A stretch of DNA of 64,000 bases. It comes from Zootoca vivipara. Its lineage: Eukaryota. The translations under genes were made by a program, and so were the position numbers. The notes beneath the pieces are model-generated. The model was not told where the DNA came from, did not search any database, and saw only the letters and a program-made list of their open reading frames with translations. Shown here piece after piece: positions 12,414 through 23,365 of the stretch. The first letter of the stretch is position 1; every line of letters starts with the position of its first letter. Where the stretch lies: the NCBI RefSeq assembly GCF_963506605.1, contig NC_083278.1, positions 17,484,001-17,548,000 on the forward strand, written 5' to 3'.

Positions 12414-12800
12414 TTTTATTAATCAGTCACAAAGAATAAAGTACAGGGAGGGTGGCAGCTTATCTGTCGCCAATCTCACCAGAAGCAGGAGGCACAAAGC
12501 TCACCAGCCTGTGAAACCCAAAAGAGAGAGAGAAATCTTCTTGCTTTTTTTTTTTTTTGCTTGCACAGAAGGGCTCAATATGAAGACATCAACAGGGCCT
12601 GTATCAAAACAAAACAAACACTCTTGCCTCCTCCTGCCTCCTTGTAATTCTCAGCAATTCTTAAAACAAGCCAATACGAGGAAATACTTCAAGGAACTCA
12701 ATTGCCAGAGTCGCACATGGCAAGACACCTCTTTCTTTTTTTCTTTTTTTTGCTGGCTGCATATAATCATTAACTTAGAAGGGAAAGCTCTCTTTTTATT
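12414..12800 (+). promoter_or_regulatory. Putative proximal promoter of the SLC7 gene (HNF1/GATA/CDX-like sites)
   Basis: TATAATCATTAAC at 12762-12774 (11/13 match to HNF1 GTTAATNATTAAC). CTTATCT (GATA) at 12459. TTTATT motifs at 12415 and 12795. Confidence 0.4.
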
Positions 12801-12854
12801 ATTTCACTGCTGTCACATCCTGATTCTCAAGAAGCAAATCCTATTAGTTTCATC

Positions 12855-13598
12855 ATGGGAAAGGGAAGACCAAGCCGACCAGGGTCAGCCAGCGCTCAGC
12901 CGAGCACAGCAACTGAGATGTTGAAACTGAAGCGAGAGATTGGGCTGGCCAGCGCAGTGTCATTAATTGCTGGCACCATGATTGGTTCAGGGATTTTCAT
13001 GTCCCCGGAGTGGGTGCTGCGTAACATAGGCAGCCTGGCCGGCAGCCTCATCATTTGGGCGTCCTGTGGCTTATTGTCCACTTGTGGGGCCCTGTCCTAT
13101 GCTGAACTGGGAACTTTAATTAAAGAGTCGGGAGGCGAATATATCTACATCCTGCGGACCTTTGGCTCCCTCCCCGCTTTTCTCTTTGCCTTTACCTCTG
13201 TCATTGTCGTGAGACCCGCCGGCGTGACGGCCATCTCCCTGAGCTTTGCTGAATACACTGTGGCCGCCTTTCATCCTGGGTGCCCTTCACCCCAGGTAGC
13301 GGTCAAATGCACAGCTGTGGCCTGTATCCTGCTTTTAACTCTCATCAACTGCCTCAGCGTCAGGCTGGCCACCTCTGTCATGAACGTATTCACAGTGGCC
13401 AAACTGTTGGCGTTGCTGGTCATTGTGGTGGGAGGCGTGGTGCTGCTCATTCAGGGGGAAACGCACCGTTTCCAGAATGCCTTTCAAAACACAAGGTTGG
13501 AAGCCGGGGTTATCGGGATTGCGTTCTATCAAGGGCTTTGGTCTTTCGATGGATGGAACAACTTGAATTATGTGACTGAGGAGATTAAGAAGCCGGAG
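12855..13598 (+). CDS. SLC7A15: SLC7 light chain (arpAT / b0,+AT-like), coding exon 1
   Basis: ATG 12855. LKREIGL, IGSGIFMSP, ALSYAELGT, ESGGEYIY, heavy-chain Cys143 (HPGCPSP), GLWSFDGWNNLN. Donor GAG|GTGAGT, phase 0 (248 codons). The symbol is inferred from synteny with RHOB. Confidence 0.9.
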
Positions 13599-13909
13599 GT
13601 GAGTGGAGAATAGATGGTGATAATGATGAGAGAGAGATGATAGAGATAGAACACTGAATTGTTTATGTTTTATATTGTGTACGTATATGTATGTATTTGT
13701 ACTTAGATTGGCAGATTTCACATGAGTTGCCATATAGCCCATGTGTCTTGAGTTTTGCTTGCATTCTGAACATGCCAGTCAATAGCTGGTTGGCCTATTT
13801 GTGGGCCTGGCTTCATTTTTAAAAAAACAAAACAGCAAGTAACTAGCCCTTATGAAGCCAGATCAAGGAGCAGGCATGTCCCATTGCATCTCCAACTTAA
13901 CTAGAACTA

Positions 13910-14030
13910 AAATAAAAAAAATCCTTCAGTAGCACCTTAAAGACCAACTAAGTTTTTATTTTGGTATGAGCTTTCGTGTGCATGCACACTTCGTCAGACC
14001 AACACGGCTACCTACCTGTAACTTAACTAG
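13910..14030. mobile_element. Penelope-like terminal fragment with internal inversion (SLC7 intron 1)
   Basis: Reverse-oriented hammerhead-containing segment joined at TCAGA to the forward terminus CAGACCAACACGGCTACCTACCTGTAAC. AACTTAACTAGAACTA flanks both sides. Confidence 0.7.
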
Positions 14031-15830
14031 AACTAGAAACCCTTTACTATCTAAGCGTGTATTTCCTGTAATAAATGTAGCCTTATTTTTTATATCAAGA
14101 GATTCGGTGTGATTGCTTTAGAGTTAAATAGGGTCAGCATAGACAAAGGACTGAGACGCTTTAGGAAGTTTGGAGGTTCCTCTCTCTGTCTCCTCTTTCC
14201 CCATGCAAACCAATACAATCTGAGTTACATCCCAACACTTCCAACAATGAGAGAGAGAAAGAGAGCCATTAAAAAAAATTCTCTATAATATTGAAGACAT
14301 GGGGGAGGAATGGTGCTTCATTTTTCCAAAACAGGATTCAGACACAGACCAGAAGCAAAATGAACAGCCTTCAGACTGAATCAGGCTGCTTCCAGAGGGC
14401 CAAATTGGGATCTGGACTACGGAAGGTGCACAGTTCTAGAATATATACTGATCGCTGTGAAATTGTGAATATATAAGAGCCATGCATACCTAGGCTAGAA
14501 AAGCATCATAGGCAGTGGGTTTCTACACATACACGTGGCAAAATGCTCACCAGTAATCTTGCATAATGTTGTACTCTGGCATACTGTATTTGAAATTTCA
14601 CTGACACCCAATGTGGCTGTAGAAATAAAGTGTGAAATTACTTTTGCTAAAACTCTTTTATCCATTCAATTCAGTTGGAATTCTCACTTACCTAGATGGA
14701 TTCTCTGAGTCATAGATTACTGTACTTGCTTTTCAGACAAGTGTGGTAGCATTTGATTCAATTATGTTACCTTGATGGCTTTAATTTGTAAATGTATCAC
14801 TTGCATATCTCTGTTCTGGGCACATTCTCATAAGTGGTTATTTGTGGGTTGTATTATTTGACTGGCACAGCAGACTTCCGCTTTTGCCAGGCAACTTTCC
14901 ACTCCCCTCTTTTTCTCTACAGCTCCATGTACGCGCAAAAATCAGCTCCAGAGGGTTGGGGGAGATGAGCAAATATTGGAGTCATGTAGGGAGAGGACAG
15001 TGAAGCCATCATTTTCAAACATTGCAAATTGTTGATTTTCAGCCCTGGGCTGATAACTTTGCTCCCTTGTTATCTTGTTTTTGCTCTTTAGAGGGATGCG
15101 ATGGGAGCCTCCTTAAATGAAAACAATGGTTGGCAAAAGGAGGAGGTTCCTAAAATTTTGCATTTATGACATGAGATCGCAGCACTCAGTCGCAAGGCAT
15201 ACAAATATCATAACAAAATTTTTGAGTTCACAGAACATGAATCTATGAATTGCAGCTTTCCAAGTGGTTTACAGTAGCAGGGGCCAACAATCCAAGGTCT
15301 CAGCTGGGATTTGAAGTTCAAACTTGTAAATTGCAGCTTACAGCTCCGATACGTGTGCAAGCTGAACATTGATACCTTTTACCACTTATAGCTTAAATAG
15401 TAAGCAAAGTCTAAGGTTATAGAATGCCTTTTAGTCAATCAGTGTCAGCTTTCACTATTCATTTCCTAAAGATGTGCAGATTATACCATCAGCCAAGTAA
15501 GTGACGATGCAGATGCATTTGCTCTAAAGGAGAGAGTGGAGGAGTGAGGAAAAAACAGATGATCCATTCAGGAAAACAGATACTAGTCCTACGAATCCAA
15601 AATTGGGCAATACAACAAAAATGTCCCAAAATAGTGGGCAAGCTTTTGAATTATCCTGAGCTCTTAACTAGGTTAGATTTTAAGCCAAGTTGGTGTATCT
15701 GCGTGGTACATTTAAACCAGTATGACACTACTTTGAACAGTTGTGCTTTCCCCAGATAATCATGGGAACTGTGGCTTGATAAGGGTGCTGAGAGTTGCTG
15801 GGAGATCCCTATTCCCTTCACAGAACTACA

Positions 15831-16139
15831 CATGGGCATACCCAGGATCAAAACTAGGGTGGGGGCATGCAAATGAAGTGCCGCAGAGCATTGTGGGGCA
15901 GCACTTTCTGTGCTGTGCTCGCTGTGACTTGAAGGAGTGGGGGCTGAAGTTAGCCCAGGTCCAGGTCCAGGTTTCCCTCGACAGAGGCAGCTTCGCTGCC
16001 GCTGCTGCCGTTTCGCTTCAGCCGAGCAAGCCGAGGTGGAGCACAGCTGACAGCGTCCCTGCCTGTCGTGCTGTGTTCTCCCTTTTTTGCTTCTGGGGGG
16101 GGCAGCTGCCCCCCCTGCCCCGCGCTGTGTATGCCCATG
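15831..16139 (+). mobile_element. hAT (Tip100-like) MITE
   Basis: Termini CATGGGCATAC / GTATGCCCATG. 8-bp TSD GA(A/C)CTACA at 15823-15830 and 16140-16147. Confidence 0.8.
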
Positions 16140-16454
16140 GACCTACAGTTCCCAAAATTGACTGCTAGAAGCCCTACATAAATGTAAGTGTGCCTAGGCA
16201 TGTCTGCTCAAAAGTAAGTCCAACTGAATGCATTAAGACTTACTCCCCGGTAAGTGTACATAGGACTGCAGCCTTAATTATGCAGTCTGCCTATCTCTCT
16301 ATAACATTACAAAAATATGACCTCCAACTAGTGAAAATGAGCAGTGTAGAAAGGACTGAACTGTTGGAAGCTTTCTAGGATCATCACTAGTTTGTATATG
16401 CTTCTTAGTTTCCTGGATCCCGCAATCTCCTGGCTTGTATCAAATGCCTACCAT

Positions 16455-16775
16455 CAGAGGTAGGCAACCTAAGGCCTGGGGGCTAGATGCGGCCCAATCA
16501 CCTTCTCAATCTGGCCCACCGACGGTCTGGGAATCAGCATGTTTTTACATGAGTAGAATGTGTGCTTTTATTTAAAATGCATCTCTGGGTTATTTCTGGG
16601 GCCTGCCTGGTGTTTTTACATGAGTAGAATGTGTGCTTTTATTTAAAATGCATCTCTGGGTTATTTGTGGGGCATAGGAATTCTTCATTTTTTTTCTTTC
16701 AAAATATAGTCCAGCTCACCACATGGTCTGAGGGACGGTGGACCGGCCCACGGCTGAAAAGTTTGCTGACCCCTG
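16455..16775. mobile_element. hAT (Charlie-like) MITE
   Basis: Termini CAGAGGTAGGCAAC / GTTTGCTGACCCCTG. CCTACCA(T) flanks both sides. Internal ~70-bp tandem repeat. Same family as 50950-51724. Confidence 0.8.
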
Positions 16776-17006
16776 ACCTACCATGCTCAGAGTGGACCCA
16801 TTTAAATTAATGAACACAACTTACTGATGCTCACTAATTTCAATGGGTTTACTTTGAGTTTAAAACTTGTTGGATACAGCTCTTTGCTTGGGGGCCTTTG
16901 GAGGAAACGATTCCGTGTCTGTCTCTCTCTGTGTGTGTTCAGTAAAAATGTACAAATCTAGAGGTGCATATCAGACCTAGTTTGCTTTTCTTTACTCTTT
17001 CTCCAG

Positions 17007-17140
17007 GTGAACCTTCCAAGGGCCATGATGATTGCTATTCCTCTAGTTACCTGCTTCTATTTGCTGGTAAATGTGAGCTATTTTGCAGCCATGACTCCTG
17101 CCGAACTTCTGTCTTCAGGTGCTGTGGCCATTACGTGGGG
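17007..17140 (+). CDS. SLC7A15: SLC7 light chain coding exon 2
   Basis: Pyrimidine tract + CTCCAG acceptor. [44 protein letters not shown]. Donor GG|GTGAGT, phase 2. Confidence 0.92.
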
Positions 17141-18181
17141 GTGAGTGATGCTCCAGAGCTCTGAAGACTTACCTACATATTCACCCAAAGCAACCCAATG
17201 TTATTCGTTCTGCAGTTCTTGCAAATCTACGTTCAGCTGCAGGCTGGATGAAAGTGGCTTTTCTGTTACCGTTGCACATCACCCCACATTGCTGCAACTG
17301 ATAAGGAAATTGTATTTTTCCCGAGTGTGTCAAGTATCTACTCTCTAGTATAGAATCCTGGAAGAAATGCAGAAATGGGTGCAGGAGCTTCCAAGCAGAT
17401 GAGATGCTGTTGCCTGCCAAGAGGGGGAGCAGCAAGGTGGTGGGGATGTCGGCATGGTGCGAACACGCCAGCAGGAGCCCCCGATTGTCTCTGCCATTGT
17501 GTTTGCAATGCATCAACTTCTCCTCCACTTTATGCTTCTCCCTCAGGGTAAGTGACCCACTTGCTAGGAACCTAGCCTAAGGCTCTGCCCCACCTGACAA
17601 GCTGCAGCGGATGCTGCAATTTCGAGAAGAGGAGGAAGGGAAAGCCAAAAGCACACTGCCTATGGGGATCTTGTCAATGGAATACTATACTCCACTTGTC
17701 TCAGGAATACCATAATCCACCGTGTCAGCCCTCCAGCTTAGAAAAACTGGGATGTGGAACTGAGGAACGTAGAATTGTGAGAACAGATTGTGAAAGCCAA
17801 ACTGAAATAAGACACAGTGATGCCTGGTTATGGGTTGTATCCAATGAAGTCATCCCTTTACTGCATGGACTTCCACCTGTTAAATAGAACTCCCTCTCCT
17901 TGTTCTCCCCCATTTCCCTCTGCTTCTCCAGAGGATGGGGGGGGCACAGAACAGATTTTTTTTGGGGGGTGTCACAATACTTAGGGGTGAGAGGGAGAGG
18001 AAGTCCTGTTGCACAGGCAGAAGTCCTTGTGCTAACAGGATGACTTGGTTGGATACAACCAATAGTTAAGGCTATTTCAGGCTTTCAAGTTTCCCTGAAC
18101 TCTCAGTCAAAATAAAATAAGTTTGCACAACCAAGTCACATCAGTTATTACATGCCTGTGTTAATATGCATGTGTATATGC

Positions 18182-18183
<2 letters not shown>

Positions 18184-18231
<48 letters not shown>
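18184..18231. repeat. (CA)n microsatellite
   Basis: Perfect CA run. Confidence 0.95.
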
Positions 18232-18234
<3 letters not shown>

Positions 18235-19463
18235 TTAGCTGCTGCTGTCTGGAAAAAAGCAACAAAGCATCCTATGACACCCTGAAGATTATTTTTGTGT
18301 GTGTGTTTCGAGCTTTCCTAGGGATGATCTCTGCTACACAAAGTGGGCAGTGAAGGTGTTGGGTTTTTACACAAGCCTGGGGTCTGAGTGTGCACGAGAC
18401 GATATTGTTCTGCAAAGACAAAAGAAGTGAAATAGTCAATTGCAAAGCATCAACCTGCCTATATATAGTGATCATCTCAGAAACGTTCAAGCCTTTAAAA
18501 GCTGGTGTTCAGTCTGCGCATTATAAACACTTGCCCCACATAATGCTTATGATGCATCTTTTTATAGAGTTTATGTTAATACCCATTCACGTGATAAATA
18601 TAGACTGAGACAAGTGACAAAGCTCATTTCACTGTGTCAAGACAACTTTTCCATGCACTGCATTCCCTATTACTCCTGATTAACAAGTTATTTGTTACCG
18701 TTTTCATCTGTTACAGTTCTCTGAACCCCCCTTAAAGTCCTACGCCCTCTCCTGTCATTCCAGGGAGAAGGCAACAAGGGGATGGAAGAACTAAATGGTG
18801 CATTAAACAGAACTGTGTATCTCCTAGAGCAGATTAGGGTGACCACTTACACATTATCAAAAAGAGAGGAAACTCGTCACCCAAAGAGAAAACAAGAGAG
18901 AACACAATATTTGCACATAATTTGTCTATGCTAATTCATAAGCATAGATGAAAAATCATAACTATAATTTCAGTAGAATGAAATACATCTAACTTCATCA
19001 AGGAAGACAGTTCAGGTGAGCTATGTGCCTTTGAAGGCTGCTGTCTTGGTGCTGCTAATGACAGACAACCTCCAAGGCTTCTGTCTTCCTCCGTAAGGTT
19101 CTTAATTGGAGCTGGACCAGACAGCTCTCCAAACAGAAGACTCATTATTTATGAATTTTGCACTATTATGTGCATTTTCATTCTCATCTTACCCTGATAT
19201 ATGCATTTTGTATGCATTATTCGTTTGCAAAATTGCGTTGTGAAATGCAGAGATGTGCAAATCTTGAAGGCTAGCTGTGTTTTTATTTACCGATTGTTCC
19301 AGGAAGTGCAAACTAGGGAGCTTCACATTAAAATTGCCTCCACTCCTACTGGCTTGCCTTTCCAGTAATACCTCCTGCCGCATTAGTTGAGTGTGTGGTT
19401 TAACGAAACAAGTTTCCCTTCTTAGCCATCTTGTCACAATCATTTCTCCATCCCCCTCTTTAG

Positions 19464-19593
19464 GAACAAGGTCCTCGGTAGCTGGGTCTGGCTGATGTCG
19501 TTGTCCGTTGCACTGTCTTCATTTGGATCAGCGAACGGAACATTCTTCAGCGGAGGCCGCATGTGTTATATTGCGGCAAGAGAAGGCCATATG
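19464..19593 (+). CDS. SLC7A15: SLC7 light chain coding exon 3
   Basis: Acceptor CTTTAG. (G)NKVLGSWVWLMSLSVALSSFGSANGTFFSGGRMCYIAAREGHM. Donor ATG|GTAAGA. Confidence 0.92.
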
Positions 19594-19744
19594 GTAAGAG
19601 CTGTGAACCTACTGATATTCCTGTGTGTGTGTGTGTGTGTGTGTGTGAAACAATGGTTTAGTCTCTTACATCCATTGCAATGCAAGCCAAGCGAAACCCA
19701 TCTCTTACTATTACATGTATGTTTGACTCTTCTGTGTAATGTTC

Positions 19745-20202
19745 TGGTCTGATGCCAAACCCCACAGAGAAGGCAGGTCAGGCACAGAAGCACCCTGGAG
19801 AGCTCAGAGTGAACAGACGGGAGCCCTTTTAAGCTTCTGCCTCCAGACAACTCTCCCAGGCTTTGCCCTCTTGTGACCAACTTTATATTCTTAAAGGGGC
19901 AACCATCTGGCCTAAAGATGGGCACTCCTCCTCCATTCTCTAGCCTCCTGTGCGGTGTACTTTCTGTTTTGCGGGACTGGTGAGATTCTGTGGAAGTTAT
20001 TATGGTCCATAGGCTCAGGCAAAGGTGCCTGTATGGGTCCAGGCTCTGCCCTGCAAATATAGGAGGTTCTTCTGATGGTTCATAGTTGTCAGCCTCGGGC
20101 TCAGGCAGCCTCAAAGCCCTGCACCTGGTCTTACTATTTAGCTGGAGCCTCTGCAGCCTCTGACTCCTAGTCTTGATAGTCGCTGGATTCTGGGTCATGA
20201 CA
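19745..20202 (-). mobile_element. Possible LTR fragment
   Basis: Minus strand begins TGTCATGACCC, an LTR-like TG start, followed by a GC-richer body. The other end and TSD are not resolved. Confidence 0.3.
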
Positions 20203-20241
20203 ATATTCTGTGGACTTATGTGGCTGCCTACCAATCAGCTA

Positions 20242-20593
20242 GGATGCGGGTGGCACTGTGGGTTAAACCACAGAGCCTAGGGCTTGCCAATCAGAAGGTC
20301 GGCGGTTCAAATCCCTGTGAGGGGGTGAGCTCCTGTTGCTTGGTCCCAGCTCCTGCCAACCTAGCAGTTCGAAAGCACATCAAAGTGCAAGTAGATAAAT
20401 AGGTACCACTACAGCAGGAAGGTAAACAGCCTTTCCGTGCACTGCTTTGGTTCGCCAGAAATGGCTTAGTCATGCTGGCCACATGACCTGGAAGCTGTAC
20501 ACCAGCTCCCTCGGCCAATAACACGAGATGAGTGCCGCAACCCCAAAGTCGGTCACAACTGGACCTAATGGTCAGGGGTCCCTTTACCTTTAC
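20242..20593 (+). mobile_element. Sauria SINE, full length
   Basis: GGATGCGGGTGGCACTGTGG head, B box GGTTCAAATCC, (ACCTTT)n tail. TSD TACCAATCAGCTA at 20229 and 20591. Confidence 0.92.
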
Positions 20594-21304
20594 CAATCAG
20601 CTAGGGCAGCAGTTGCAATTCTTTTTTTGCGGGGAAGGAACCTATATAAAAGGCTAAAAATACGAGACATTTATGAGGTGAGGAATTCTATACTCTGATT
20701 TTCCTTCCCTTTTTATGTGATTGCTCACATCTTTTCTCTTTTGTAAGAGAATTATCACTGTGGTAGACAACCTGTGCCAATAGTCAAGTAGTATAGTAGT
20801 AGTAGTAATTAACCCCCCCCATCTGACTGACTGCACCAGCCGCTCTAGGCAATTTCCAACAAATATAAAAGCATAATAAAATATAACATTGTGGTTCTCT
20901 TGTGCACACATATGACATCCCCTGGTGCCTTGATGTGGTTTATCCTCTGATCTGACTAGATGGTCTTTGGAATCTCTTCCAACTCTATGATTCTATTATT
21001 CAATGGGCTTCCATTCAAGTTAAGTTTCTGGAGAACCAGGATTTTTTAGATTAGACCTGACTTCAAGTTTGCAGGCTGTTGGGTAAAACAGTGACATGCG
21101 AAATGAAACAAATGTATTGCAACAGAAATCATCTGGTGGGGATTTCTGTTTATTTCTCAAAGTTCAACAGCCATGTTTATTGCTCTTTTCCTAATCAGTC
21201 TTGTGTTTGATCTTTGGAGAAAGCTCCACCGAAGTGAAGGAGGAAAAAAAAAAAAAGACGTTTCTAGCCTGTTGATGATTGTGTACTTTGTGCCTTCATT
21301 TCAG

Positions 21305-21429
21305 CCAGACATTCTATCTATGGCTCACATAAGATACCTTACACCTTCTCCTGCTCTCATATTCACCTCTGCTGTGTCGATAATTATGGTTATAGCCGGA
21401 AGCTTCAGTCAGATTGTGAACCTTTTCAG
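21305..21429 (+). CDS. SLC7A15: SLC7 light chain coding exon 4
   Basis: Acceptor TTTCAG. PDILSMAHIRYLTPSPALIFTSAVSIIMVIAGSFSQIVNLF. Donor AG|GTATGT, phase 2. Confidence 0.92.
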
Positions 21430-21481
21430 GTATGTATGTTTAGCAGTCTCATTACTCCATGGGTTTCTCAGTATCATATTA

Positions 21482-21777
21482 CACTGGGACCTTGACTTGC
21501 GAGCTATTCAACATCTGACGTTTTTGAGTTACGAGCGAAAAAAGTGGCCGCGCGCTTAAGATTTTTCTGCCATCCGAACAGAAAACCCGTTTGCGGCTAG
21601 ATGCAGTTTCCTCGACTTACGAGTTTTTAGATGTGGTTTCCTCGACTTACAATTTTTTCCGTTTTCAGTGCATTCCTGTGGGAAACCGCGTTTCCTACGG
21701 GAAACTCGACTTACGAAGTTTTCGACCTACGAGTGTGCATTCGGAACGGAGTAAATTCGTACGTCGAGATCCCACTG
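21482..21777. mobile_element. Tigger-like MITE
   Basis: TA flanks. TIR CACTGGGACCTTGACTT / ACGTCGAGATCCCACTG. Internal CGACTTACGA repeats. Related to 52516-52811. Confidence 0.8.
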
Positions 21778-22292
21778 TAATTCTATTTTTGCTTCCACAG
21801 TCTTCCCTCCCCACCCCCTTGTTTTAAAAGCGATGAAAGAGTGGATAGCAACTTTTTATCCATTCATTAATTTCATTAAGCATGCCAATGCAATATAACC
21901 ATAAAAGCAACAGCAGTAAAAAGAGGAAGAAAAGTAAAAGTAAAAACAATTTCAATCTCCTCTGAAAAGCCTTGTGGGAAAAGGACAGTCTTCAAAAGGT
22001 AGCAAAAAGGATAACAGAGACAGGGCCTGTCAGAAATATAAGGTGAGCATATTCCAAAGATCCAGTTCCTACAGAGAGCAATGATTGTAGATCACTCTCA
22101 CCCATTCAAGCTGTGTGCAGGAGAGAAGGAAATAAAAGTGTAAGTGTGTGTGTGTGTGTGTGTGGTTTGTTTTTTTTACTGTACTACAGCCCCACTTGAC
22201 TCTGACTGTTGGCCATACTGGCTGGGGCTAAACTGCATTGGAGCCCTACAATTCCAGAAAGACTAAATGCTACCAACATTATTTCTGCACAG

Positions 22293-22380
22293 TTTTACAG
22301 CTTGGCTTTTTTATGGGACAACTGTCGCTGGTCTCCTGTACTTAAAGATTAAGAAACCAGAATTGCCAAGATCTTACAAG
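22293..22380 (+). CDS. SLC7A15: SLC7 light chain coding exon 5 (absent from the ORF track)
   Basis: Acceptor GCACAG. (S)FTAWLFYGTTVAGLLYLKIKKPELPRSYK. Donor AAG|GTGAGC. Phases match the flanking exons. Confidence 0.92.
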
Positions 22381-22410
22381 GTGAGCCTTTAAAAAGAAGA
22401 CGACTTAAAC

Positions 22411-22541
22411 TAGGCATCCCCAAACTGAGGCCCCCCCAGATGTTTTGGCCTGCAACTCCCATGATCCCTAGCTAACAGTGGTCAGGGATGATGGGAATTG
22501 TAGTCCAAAACATCTGGAGGGCCGAAGTTTGGCGATGCCTG
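22411..22541. mobile_element. Short palindromic hAT MITE
   Basis: AGGCATCCCCAAACT / AGTTTGGCGATGCCT termini, fold-back body. Same family as 59213-59348. Confidence 0.8.
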
Positions 22542-22690
22542 AAAACACACCACTTTCTTGATTAAAGAGAGAAATGGCCCTCCAAATTTTGTTGGACTAC
22601 AACCTGCAATTAAAAAAAAAAGTTACCTGGGGGGGTGTCCTTCTAAAAGATATGTCTATAATATTTTTTATTAAAATTCTTTTCATACAG

Positions 22691-22924
22691 GTACCAATCA
22701 TCATACCAGTAGTTTTTCTGATGGCGTCTATATACCTTGTGTTGGCACCCATCATTGATCAGCCCCAAATGGAGTTCCTTTACGTCATCCTATTCATTTC
22801 CAGCGGGATCATCTTTTATTTCCTCCTGATTCACTACAAGTACCACCCCACCTTCTTAAGAAAATTTACTATGCATTTTCAGCTGTTTCTGGAGGTTGCC
22901 CCAACTGAAAAGAATGTGGACTGA
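22691..22924 (+). CDS. SLC7A15: SLC7 light chain coding exon 6 (terminal)
   Basis: Acceptor ATACAG. VPIIIPVVFLMASIYLVLAPI...QLFLEVAPTEKNVD*. Total spliced CDS 1455 nt = 484 aa + stop. Candidate AATAAA at 23506. Confidence 0.92.
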   Translation, partial: VPIIIPVVFLMASIYLVLAPIIDQPQMEFLYVILFISSGIIFYFLLIHYKYHPTFLRKFTMHFQLFLEVAPTEKNVD

Positions 22925-23022
22925 TTCAATAGTCACATGCCTGCTTTGAGAGACTCATGGCAAAGTCTGTATATCTGGTCTGAACTGTCAGTCCGAACAT
23001 TTGGGATCAAGTCACCATAAGC

Positions 23023-23218
23023 CAGGCAGGTCCAAAGTCCGGCCCGCTGGTTGATTTAATCTGACAGTTTATTTCTTGCTCAACAACTTTGGTGTCAAAT
23101 CCTAGAAAAAGCTCAACAACTGCAATCCTAAAAAAAAGAGGACAACAACTTTGGTCGCCCCTCACGCATGTTCACTTCATCAAATCTGGCCCTCTTTAAA
23201 AAAGTTTGGACTCCCCTG
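23023..23218. mobile_element. hAT MITE in the putative SLC7 3'UTR
   Basis: CAGGCAGGTCCAAA / TTTGGACTCCCCTG termini. CCATAA duplicated in the flanks. AAAAAGCTCAACAAC repeats shared with 48880-49216. Confidence 0.7.
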
Positions 23219-23329
23219 CCATAAATCACCACCGTTTCCAAAGCTGGAGAGCAATTATTTAAGTGACCTGGATGTTTCTGAAGCAAACTTTTTAAATTAT
23301 GGTGTGTGTGTGTTTCTGAGTGTGCGCAT

Positions 23330-23365
<36 letters not shown>

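Noticed and set aside
19566-20234. 222-aa antisense ORF in SLC7 intron 3
   Set aside because: It runs through an LTR-like fragment and a TG microsatellite and shows no protein similarity.
20242-20320. tRNA genes at SINE heads
   Set aside because: The A/B boxes belong to SINE bodies with tails and TSDs, and there is no intact cloverleaf.
12855-22924. Calling the transporter SLC7A9
   Set aside because: The six-exon structure with a 744-nt first exon and the adjacency to RHOB fit SLC7A15 better. A phylogeny is still needed.
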